Of a stretch of DNA of 64,000 bases, positions 29,141 to 36,118 are shown piece by piece (position 1 is the stretch's first letter; each line of letters starts with the position of its first letter). Location of the stretch: contig DASCPX010000027.1 of the NCBI GenBank assembly GCA_036012755.1, positions 224,001-288,000 of the forward strand, written 5' to 3'. The stretch comes from Myxococcota bacterium. Its GTDB lineage: Bacteria > Myxococcota_A > UBA796 > CAJQPC01. Below the pieces are notes generated by a model. It did not search any database, was not told the origin of the DNA, and saw only the letters and a list, made by a program, of their open reading frames with translations. The position numbers and the translations under genes were made by a program.

Positions 29141-30556
29141 ATGATCACGGGCTCTACAAGGGCCTTCGATCCATTCGCCCGCCGGAGCCTTCGCCAGGCT
29201 CTGGAGCGGGTCCGTACGTCTACGCGAAGACTGAGTAGCGGTGAGCGCATCACCAAGGCGGCCGACGACGCCGCTGGACTCGCGATCGCGGAGGGGTTGG
29301 ACTCGCGCGCGCGAAGCCGCAGAGCCGCGATTGGCAACATCGGGGACGGGATGAATGCGCTCGCGGTGGCAGACAGCGGGCTCTCGGAGATCGCCGACCT
29401 CCTCAAGCGCGCGCGGGAGCTCGCGATCCAGGCCGCCTCCGGTGCCCTCGACGGCCCCTCGAGAGCGCTGGTGCAGCAGGAGTTCGATGCGACCTTGGAC
29501 TCGATCGACCACGTCGCCTACTCGACGATGTGGGGCAACCGCCCGCTGTTGTCCAAGCCACAGGTGGACGTCGGCCTCATCGTCGATGTCTCCGGCTCGA
29601 TGGGCGGTGAGATCGCCCAGGTCAAGGCATCGATCTCCAGCTTCGTCAGTGACATCTCCGCCTTCGACCTGGACGCCGGCCTCGGCCTCGCCGAGATGGG
29701 ACCCGACTCGATCGACGGCGTGAAGCTGGAGGCGGCCGTAGCGGATCCGGACTTCGACGATGCCCTCGATGACCTCGACATCTGGGGTGTGAGCCCGATG
29801 GATCCCTACAGCGCGCTCCTGAACGCCTCTGGAGTCTCGGATCTGCCTGGAGAGAACGACCCGGACAGCTTCGCCTGGCGTCCTGGCGCTCAGCGGAAGG
29901 TGCTGGTCCTCATCACCGACACTGGGCGGGAGGCCAAGTACATCTCGACCTCTGAGAGCGCGGTCGCCACCAAGCTCGAGAAGGCCGGGATCGAAGTCCA
30001 CACCATCAACCCAGGGAGCAAGAACTCGACCTTCGATGACATCGCGTCGCAGACCGGGGGCTCCGTCTGGGACATCGGGGGCAGCACCGGCAGCGGCATC
30101 CCGGCGGCGCTGGCCGGCATCGCGGCGACCTTCGCCGACGAAGACGGCCTGCAGGAGATGGAGATCCAGGTGGATCCCACCAGCGGCATCGCCGGCCGCA
30201 TCGCCGTGGCAGCGCCGGTAGACTCGACCATGAGAGGCCTGGGAGTCGACGAGCTCGACGTCAGCACGGTCTCTGGCGCGACAGGCGCCCTGGACACGAT
30301 CGACTCGGCGCTCGACACCGTGAACTCGGCGCGGGCAGCCGTGGGCGCGAGCCACAACCGCCTCGAGCACGCCCTCTCCTACGAGGAGGGTGCGCTGGTC
30401 CAAGACGAGGCCAGCGAGTCCCGCATCCGCGACGCTGACATGGCCCGAGAAGCCGCCGAGTCGGCCAAGGCCCAGATCCTCGCCCAGACGACGACGACGC
30501 TGATGGCCCAGCTGCGCCGCGCCCACCGCGAGACGCTGACGACCCTGCTGTCCTGA
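29141..30556 (+). CDS. fliC: Flagellin-family protein with an inserted von Willebrand factor A (VWA) domain
   Basis: Flagellin [33 protein letters not shown]. Flagellin [32 protein letters not shown]. Central [12 protein letters not shown]...KVLVLITD...IASQTGG. The symbol is family-level only. Confidence 0.88.
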   Translation: MITGSTRAFDPFARRSLRQALERVRTSTRRLSSGERITKAADDAAGLAIAEGLDSRARSRRAAIGNIGDGMNALAVADSGLSEIADLLKRARELAIQAASGALDGPSRALVQQEFDATLDSIDHVAYSTMWGNRPLLSKPQVDVGLIVDVSGSMGGEIAQVKASISSFVSDISAFDLDAGLGLAEMGPDSIDGVKLEAAVADPDFDDALDDLDIWGVSPMDPYSALLNASGVSDLPGENDPDSFAWRPGAQRKVLVLITDTGREAKYISTSESAVATKLEKAGIEVHTINPGSKNSTFDDIASQTGGSVWDIGGSTGSGIPAALAGIAATFADEDGLQEMEIQVDPTSGIAGRIAVAAPVDSTMRGLGVDELDVSTVSGATGALDTIDSALDTVNSARAAVGASHNRLEHALSYEEGALVQDEASESRIRDADMAREAAESAKAQILAQTTTTLMAQLRRAHRETLTTLLS

Positions 30557-30566
30557 TCACGGCAGG

Positions 30567-30703
30567 GCGACGGACCCCGCCAACCGTGTGGCTGGCGGGG
30601 CGTCATGGTCGGGGCGACTGGATTCAACCGGCCATCGCATGGCAGCGACGGACCCCGCCAACCGTGTGGCTGGCGGGGCGTCATGGTCGGGGCGACTGGA
30701 TTC
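30567..30703. repeat. 59-bp direct repeat (30567-30625 and 30645-30703) made of the tRNA-Pro 3' 20 nt plus a GC-rich hairpin
   Basis: Identical sequence GCGACGGACCCCGCCAACCGTGTGGCTGGCGGGGCGTCATGGTCGGGGCGACTGGATTC occurs twice with a 78-bp period. Confidence 0.93.
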
Positions 30704-30760
30704 GAACCAGCGACCACTTGACCCCCAGTCAAGTGCGCTACCAGACTGCGCTACGCCCCG
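30684..30760 (-). tRNA. tRNA-Pro(GGG)
   Basis: CGGGGCG TAGCGCAGTCTGGTAGCGCA CTTGA CTGGGGG TCAAG ... GGTTCGAATCC ... CGCCCCG ACCA; 77 nt with encoded CCA. Confidence 0.97.
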
Positions 30761-30774
30761 TCAGAAGCCCACGA

Positions 30775-30803
30775 GAGGTATCCACCCCCCACTCCCGGGT
30801 CAA
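30775..30803 (-). promoter_or_regulatory. Putative sigma70-type promoter of tRNA-Pro
   Basis: TTGACC-N17-TACCTC ending 14 nt upstream of the tRNA 5' end. Confidence 0.45.
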
Positions 30804-31174
30804 ATCGGGCCGAGGCCCGCGACGTCGGCCTTCAGGCGCGCGAGACCGTCGCGCAGTTCCTGCAAGCGGCTAGCTGCCTCGCGGAGCTTGTCCAGCTCGA
30901 CCGCCGAGTCCGTGCTCGAGCTGGCTCCGCCCCCGCTCAGTGCCTTGCGAGCACCGGCGATCGTGAAGCCCTGCGCGTGGAGCAGCTTGCGGATCCGGAG
31001 GAACCTCGCGATGTCCTTCTTGCGATAGAGGCGCTGCCCGCTGCTCGACCGGTGCGGTCGCATGCGGAACTCCCCCTCCCAGTATCGGAGGACGTGCGGC
31101 TCCACTCCCACGAGCTCGGCGACCTCGCCGATGCGGAAGTAGAGCTTGTCGGGAATCCCGGAGGTCTCGCTCAC
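30800..31174 (-). CDS. MerR-family HTH transcriptional regulator (ihfA-associated)
   Basis: [13 protein letters not shown]...[16 protein letters not shown] overlap with ihfA. Confidence 0.93.
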   Translation of the reverse strand: MSETSGIPDKLYFRIGEVAELVGVEPHVLRYWEGEFRMRPHRSSSGQRLYRKKDIARFLRIRKLLHAQGFTIAGARKALSGGGASSSTDSAVELDKLREAASRLQELRDGLARLKADVAGLGPI

Positions 31175-31500
31175 GCGATCACGCCGTTGTCGGCCTCGCC
31201 GTTGAGCGCAGCCTTGAGCACCTGGCTCGGCTTGAACGTGAGCACCTTGCGCGCGCTGATCACGATGGTCTCGTTGGTCTGCGGGTTTCGACCCTTGCGC
31301 GCGGCCTTGCGGCGCACCACGAAGTTGCCGAAGCCGGAGATCTTGATCTTGTCCCCGGACTCGAGCGCCTGCTTCATCTCCTCGAAGACGGCCTCGACGA
31401 TCTCGGCCGCCTCCTTCTTGGAGAAACCCACGTTCTCGTAGATGCGCTCGACCAGATCGGCCTTCGTCATCGTTCGGCTCGCGTTGGTGGTGGTGGGCAA
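31171..31500 (-). CDS. ihfA: Integration host factor subunit alpha
   Basis: [29 protein letters not shown]; canonical position upstream of merR and tRNA-Pro. Start 31500 (TTG) or 31470 (ATG). Confidence 0.95.
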   Translation of the reverse strand: MPTTTNASRTMTKADLVERIYENVGFSKKEAAEIVEAVFEEMKQALESGDKIKISGFGNFVVRRKAARKGRNPQTNETIVISARKVLTFKPSQVLKAALNGEADNGVIA

Positions 31501-31568
31501 CGTTTTTCCTTCCGTTTCGCGGGTTTCGCTCGCTTTCGAGAAAGCGGGTCCGATACTATCGCAAGTGC

Positions 31569-32072
31569 TCAGTCGCCGGTATCACCAGAGCCTTCCGCTC
31601 CCGGATCCGTATCACCGACGACGTCCAACAGTTCGACAGCAAGGGTGTCGGTGCGGATCTCGCCATCGGTCGCGAAGGACTCGATCTCGAGCACCCAGAT
31701 CGACTCGTCGAAGGCGTCCTGGGACAGGCTGAACTCCACAGCCTCGCGCCCGTCCGCCCTCGCGATGACGCGCACGAGGTCGACCTGATCCGCGTAGTCC
31801 GCGTCGACCACCACGCTCACCGTGTGGGTGGTGCCCGCCGGTCCGCCTCCGGGGTCAGCCGTGGCGCTGCCAACGACGACCGCTCCGGTGTTCGAGGAGA
31901 GCTCGGTGCTGACGCTGTCGAGCAGGTCGTCGACGCCGACCTCGATGCTCAGCAAGTCGGTCCCGTTGATCTGCTCGTACTCCACCTCGGCCTCGTCGCA
32001 GGTGGTCGCGACCAGCGGCAACAGGCACAAGCCGAGGAGGCCCCGGCGCCTCACCAGTTCCCTCTGGCGCAA
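31569..32072 (-). CDS. Hypothetical acidic exported protein / lipoprotein
   Basis: Basic n-region, hydrophobic stretch and LVATTC; beta-rich acidic body. Confidence 0.7.
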   Translation of the reverse strand: MRQRELVRRRGLLGLCLLPLVATTCDEAEVEYEQINGTDLLSIEVGVDDLLDSVSTELSSNTGAVVVGSATADPGGGPAGTTHTVSVVVDADYADQVDLVRVIARADGREAVEFSLSQDAFDESIWVLEIESFATDGEIRTDTLAVELLDVVGDTDPGAEGSGDTGD

Positions 32073-32085
32073 GTCCCGAGGGGCA

Positions 32086-32436
32086 CTACAGTGCGGCCTT
32101 CGCCTTCTCGACCACGGCGCCGAAGGCCGCGGGATCGTGGAGCGCGAGGGCGGCGAGCGCCTTGCGGTCGAGCTCGACGCCGGCCGCCTTCAGGCCGTGG
32201 ATGAAGCGGCTGTACTTCAGCTCATGGGGCGTCAGCGCGGCGTTGATGCGAGTGATCCAGAGCCGGCGGAACTGGCGCTTCTTCTCCTTGCGCCCGCGGA
32301 AAGCGTATGCCTCTGCCTTGAGGACGGCCTCTGTTGCCTGCCGGAAGTTGCTGCGACCGCCGAAGAAGCCCTTGGCGCGCTTCTTGAGCTTCTTGACGCG
32401 GGTCTTGCGGATCGAGGCGTTGCTGACGCGTGCCAT
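32086..32436 (-). CDS. rplT: 50S ribosomal protein L20
   Basis: MARV...AKGFFG.RS, R..KKR.FR.LWI.RINAA, YSRFI.GL, LDRK.LA.LA. Confidence 0.98.
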   Translation of the reverse strand: MARVSNASIRKTRVKKLKKRAKGFFGGRSNFRQATEAVLKAEAYAFRGRKEKKRQFRRLWITRINAALTPHELKYSRFIHGLKAAGVELDRKALAALALHDPAAFGAVVEKAKAAL

Positions 32437-32544
32437 GGAGTGTTCCTCTTTGGTGACCGCTTCCCAGCCCCCAACTCGAAGAGCTGGGGCGCGGTGGCGG
32501 TGAGGGTGGGGGTGCGCGAGACTGCCCCGCGCGTGGCCGGATGG

Positions 32545-32742
32545 CTACTTGTAGGGGATCAGCAGATCGAAGAGGTGCCGTTCCTGCTTCGAGATGAAGG
32601 TCGGGCGGCGAGCCTTGCGCTTCCACTTCGTGGACTTCTTGGTCAGGATGTGGCGCATCTTCGAGCGCTTGAACTTGACCTTGCCGGAGGCGGTCTTCTT
32701 GAAGCGCTTGGCCGCGCCCCTGTTCGTCTTCATCTTGGGCAT
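32545..32742 (-). CDS. rpmI: 50S ribosomal protein L35
   Basis: [29 protein letters not shown]. Confidence 0.98.
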   Translation of the reverse strand: MPKMKTNRGAAKRFKKTASGKVKFKRSKMRHILTKKSTKWKRKARRPTFISKQERHLFDLLIPYK

Positions 32743-32773
32743 CTGAAACTCTAGAAAGAGTGGACCCGCGCGA

Positions 32774-33337
32774 TTAACCCTTCTTCTTGATGGGGGCGAG
32801 GATCATCACCATGAGCCGGCCGTCCATGCGGGGCTGCTGTTCGATGAGTCCCACGTCCTGGACCGATTCGTGGACCCTCAGGCACTGCTTGGCGCCGATG
32901 TCCCGGTGGGCCATCTCCCGCCCGCGGAAGCGAACGGAGACCTTGACCTTGTCTCCGGCTTCCAGGAAGCGTCGAGTGTGCCTGCTCTTCACGTCGAAGT
33001 CGTGCTGGTCGGTCTTCGGTCGGAGCTTGACCTCTTTCAGCTGCACGATGACCTGGTTCTTCCGTGCGACGGCTTCCTTTTTCTTCTTGTCGTACTTCAG
33101 CCGTCCGTAGTCGACGATGCGACAGACGGGAGGCCGTGCGTTGGGGGCAACCTCGACCAGGTCGAGACCCTGCTCGCGGGCCAGGTCGATAGCGTCCCGG
33201 GTCATGAACTCGCCGAGCTTTCCGCCATCGGCGTCGATGACCAGCACTCGAGGAACGCGTATGCGCTCGTTGACCCGGGGTTCATTCGTCTTCGGCAGCT
33301 CGTTCAGACGGCGGCGGCCGCGTCCTCCTCGCCTCAA
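32774..33337 (-). CDS. infC: Translation initiation factor IF-3
   Basis: [44 protein letters not shown] start with GGAG 6 nt upstream. Confidence 0.97.
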   Translation of the reverse strand: MRRGGRGRRRLNELPKTNEPRVNERIRVPRVLVIDADGGKLGEFMTRDAIDLAREQGLDLVEVAPNARPPVCRIVDYGRLKYDKKKKEAVARKNQVIVQLKEVKLRPKTDQHDFDVKSRHTRRFLEAGDKVKVSVRFRGREMAHRDIGAKQCLRVHESVQDVGLIEQQPRMDGRLMVMILAPIKKKG

Positions 33338-33398
33338 TCAACTCTCCATGTGTCGGGATCTGGGCGCACCACACCGTTTGCGGGGAACCCGGTCCTCG

Positions 33399-33427
33399 TT
33401 TCTACCCGTGAGCCTGTGGGCTGTCAA
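33399..33427 (-). promoter_or_regulatory. Putative sigma70-type promoter of infC-rpmI-rplT
   Basis: TTGACA (33427-33422)-N17-TAGAAA (33404-33399), between the tRNA-Val terminator and infC. Confidence 0.55.
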
Positions 33428-33450
33428 TGACAGTTCAGCCGGTCAGAATC

Positions 33451-33488
33451 AGAAAGAAATGAGGCGAGGTCCTTGAGAACCTCGCCTC
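33451..33488 (-). terminator. Intrinsic terminator downstream of tRNA-Val
   Basis: 10-bp perfect stem GAGGCGAGGT/ACCTCGCCTC with an 8-nt loop, followed on the minus strand by ATTTCTTTCT. Confidence 0.75.
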
Positions 33489-33490
33489 GA

Positions 33491-33565
33491 TGGTTGGCCC
33501 GCGCAGATTTGAACTGCGGACCCCCGCCGTGTCAGGACGGTGCTCTCCCACTGAGCTACGAGCCA
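33491..33565 (-). tRNA. tRNA-Val(GAC)
   Basis: TGGCTCG TAGCTCAGTGGGAGAGCA CCGTC CTGACAC GGCGG ... CGCAG TTCAAAT CTGCG CGGGCCA ACCA; 75 nt. Confidence 0.96.
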
Positions 33566-34197
33566 AGGTCGCCGAATCGCTCCGGCTCCCGGCATCTATA
33601 CCCACCCGGTTGTTGCGTCAAGGCCCTCACGACGCCCTCGCCGACGTCGTGGTGAGCCCTCTCTGGAGTCGGCGCTCCTGGCCGGATTTCGTGGAGCGAG
33701 ACCGGTCGAGCGTCAGTGATTCCGCAGGGCGTGAGCCCTTGCCACGAGCATGGAGACACGCGCAGGTTGAGGGCGAAGCCATGGATCGACACCCCCCGCG
33801 AGAAGTGCAGCCCGATGCTGGCGATCTTGCCGATCGGGTGCCAGACGCCCGGGTAGCCGTCGCGCCGGCCGAAGTCGTCACCGAGGAAGTCGATCAGCCC
33901 CTGCTCGAGGGCGTGCACGGTCGCCCTCGCGCCCAGCCCGCGGGAGCGCAGGTCGCAGACGAGGTACCCGACGAGCTGTCCGGGTCCGTGCCAGGTCGCG
34001 AGGCCTCCGCGTTCGGTCCGGACGACCGCTGTCTCATCGATGTCGACGGACCGCCTCCCCGTGGTCACGACGGCGCGATGCTCGAGGAGCGCGAGGACCT
34101 CGGGTCCACCCTCCCAGACGCCCACCCGGCGCCGCTTCTGGCGCTCCCACGCCTCGACGAAGGGCACGTCGCTCCCCCACCACTCGACGGGGATCAC
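33556..34197 (-). CDS. lipB: Lipoyl(octanoyl) transferase
   Basis: LLEH.AV.T.GR, RGG..TWHGPGQLVGY, KIASIG, HGFALN, PCG. Confidence 0.93.
   Translation of the reverse strand: MIPVEWWGSDVPFVEAWERQKRRRVGVWEGGPEVLALLEHRAVVTTGRRSVDIDETAVVRTERGGLATWHGPGQLVGYLVCDLRSRGLGARATVHALEQGLIDFLGDDFGRRDGYPGVWHPIGKIASIGLHFSRGVSIHGFALNLRVSPCSWQGLTPCGITDARPVSLHEIRPGAPTPERAHHDVGEGVVRALTQQPGGYRCREPERFGDLGS
33593..33621 (-). promoter_or_regulatory. Putative tRNA-Val promoter inside the lipB 3' end
   Basis: TTGACG-N17-TAGATG (or N15-TATAGA), about 28 nt upstream of the tRNA. Confidence 0.4.
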
Positions 34198-35405
34198 GCA
34201 TCACCGCGATGTGCGTCCTCTTCGAAGTACTGGGAGGCCTGGTAGCGCCGGCTCCACTCGGCGAGCAGCACCTGGGCGGCGGCGGTCACCGGGATCGCCA
34301 GCAACATCCCCCAGATGCCGAAGAGGTTGCCGCCGACGATCAAGGCCAGCATCACGACGAAGGGGTGGAGACCGACCTTGTCACCGACGATGTAGGGCGT
34401 GAGCACGAAGCCCTCGATGCCTTGCACGATGGCGAAGACGGCCCAGACCTCCAAGAGGTGGATGTCGAAGCCGAACTTCAGGATGGCCAGCAGGGAGGCG
34501 AGGAGGACGCCTACGACGGTGCCCAGGTAGGGCACGATGAAGAGCACGCCAGCGACGACACCGACGACGATGGCGAGATCGATACCCGTGAGCAGCAAGC
34601 CCAGGCTGTAGAGGACGGCCAGGCAGAGGCACACGGTGGTCTGACCGCGCACGAAGCTGGCCAGCCTTTCATCGATCTCCTTGCTCAGCCGCCGGATGAT
34701 GGGGCGGTTCCGCGGCGGGATCATGCGGTCGATGCCAGCGATGATCCGGTCCCAGTCCCGCAGCAGGTAGAAGGTGAAGATCGGCAACAGGGCGAGGTTG
34801 AGCACCGCGATCACGAAGTGGAAGCCGCCGGAGAGCGTCGTGCTCAGGATCCCCGCCAGGCGCCCGCCGACATCCGGGGCCGCATCCGACAACAGCGTGC
34901 TGATGCCCCCTTCCTCGCCGCTGTCCTCGACCAGCGCGACCTCCAGCTCGTGGAGGATCTCCTCGCCCGTGATCGGGATGGGTTGCCCGAGCCGCTCCTC
35001 CGCGATCGCGTGGACCTGGGTGAGGCGCTCCTGGAGACCGTCGACGTAGGCACCGACGTTGCCAGCGAGCTCGGCGAACTCCCGTCCGGCGGAAGGAACG
35101 ACCACGAGCATGAGAAACCCACAGGCCAGCGCGATGCCCGTGAACAGGATGCCGATCCCGACCTCCCGCTTCATCCCGCGAGCCTCGAAGCGGTCGATGA
35201 TGGGGTCCAAAAGGTAGGCGAAGACGATGGCGGCGAAGAGGATCGCGAACACCGAGCGCAGCAGGTAGACGATCCCGAGGCCCAGGAGAATGAGCCCCGC
35301 GGCCCAGAAGATCCGCTCCCGGAGTCCGACCCGCTTCTTGTCGGGGGGGCGACGAACCAGGGGTCGCGGCCCACCGGCGGTCGAGGTCTTTCGGCGACGA
35401 ATCAT
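34194..35405 (-). CDS. AI-2E (PerM/UPF0118) family transporter
   Basis: AYLLDP, FYLLRD, FVRGQ, VPYLG, IEG.VL.P.IVG..VGLHP, G.LLAIP. Confidence 0.93.
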   Translation of the reverse strand: MIRRRKTSTAGGPRPLVRRPPDKKRVGLRERIFWAAGLILLGLGIVYLLRSVFAILFAAIVFAYLLDPIIDRFEARGMKREVGIGILFTGIALACGFLMLVVVPSAGREFAELAGNVGAYVDGLQERLTQVHAIAEERLGQPIPITGEEILHELEVALVEDSGEEGGISTLLSDAAPDVGGRLAGILSTTLSGGFHFVIAVLNLALLPIFTFYLLRDWDRIIAGIDRMIPPRNRPIIRRLSKEIDERLASFVRGQTTVCLCLAVLYSLGLLLTGIDLAIVVGVVAGVLFIVPYLGTVVGVLLASLLAILKFGFDIHLLEVWAVFAIVQGIEGFVLTPYIVGDKVGLHPFVVMLALIVGGNLFGIWGMLLAIPVTAAAQVLLAEWSRRYQASQYFEEDAHRGDA

Positions 35406-36118
35406 GGTTCCACCACTACTACGACGTGCCCGTCCGCGAGGACGGAAGTGCCAGCGAGCTGCCTCAGGCGACCAGCACCCTCCTCGTCGAGGACGATGTC
35501 ACAGCCCTTGGCGCCCGCTGCGATGAGGACCAGCGGGGACTCGCCGATGCGATCACCTGCAGGAGGATCGGCCGGATCCCCGACCCAGGTCACGGGGCGT
35601 CGCCTCGCCGCAGCTTCGGTCGCCATCGAGGCCGCACCGAAGACCTCTGAGAGGTCCGGTCCGAGGAGCCGCGGAGCCAGGCAGGGCTCGGCGGGCACAT
35701 CGCGGGCATCGACGAGGACACCAGAGAGCGTCGAGGTGCGCCCGTCGCGCTCGCCGGCCGCGTCCTCGACGAGGGTGCCGCGGAGCCACTCGTGGAGATC
35801 CAGCTCTGCCTCCAGTTCGACCAGGCCGCTGGTGTGGTAGGTCGTCTGCGTGATTCGCCAGGCGCCCTCGAGCTCGGCGCCGAGCTCACCGGCGAGACGC
35901 TCGCTGTCATAGGCGAGGGTTCCTGCCTGTTCGACGAGTCTCAGCTCCAGCTGGGCGAGCGCGGCCTGCTCGGCGACCTTCACGTCGCTCCAGGCGCCGG
36001 TGTTCGGGTCTCCGGCCGAGCGCACCATGAGGCGCCCCTCGGTCCAGTCCACCTGTCCCTGTGGCAGGTCCACGACCACCGGGCCGGCCAAGGCGACATC
36101 GAGCAACAACGAGCTCAC
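35402..36118 (-). CDS. Hypothetical exported protein (LPP20-like)
   Basis: GTG 36118 overlaps the dnaE stop. GQVDWTEG, AE.AA...L...L, SGVLVDAR...P..APRL patterns. Family assignment tentative. Confidence 0.6.
   Translation of the reverse strand: MSSLLLDVALAGPVVVDLPQGQVDWTEGRLMVRSAGDPNTGAWSDVKVAEQAALAQLELRLVEQAGTLAYDSERLAGELGAELEGAWRITQTTYHTSGLVELEAELDLHEWLRGTLVEDAAGERDGRTSTLSGVLVDARDVPAEPCLAPRLLGPDLSEVFGAASMATEAAARRRPVTWVGDPADPPAGDRIGESPLVLIAAGAKGCDIVLDEEGAGRLRQLAGTSVLADGHVVVVVEP

Noticed and set aside
27812..30566. Integrase-mobilised island or prophage with a distal att site
   Set aside because: No integrase or phage genes, and no further tRNA 3'-end copy was found at the surE side.
30567..30703. 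CRISPR array or second tRNA
   Set aside because: Only two 59-bp copies, derived from the tRNA 3' end. No cas genes, and the first copy lacks the D and anticodon arms.
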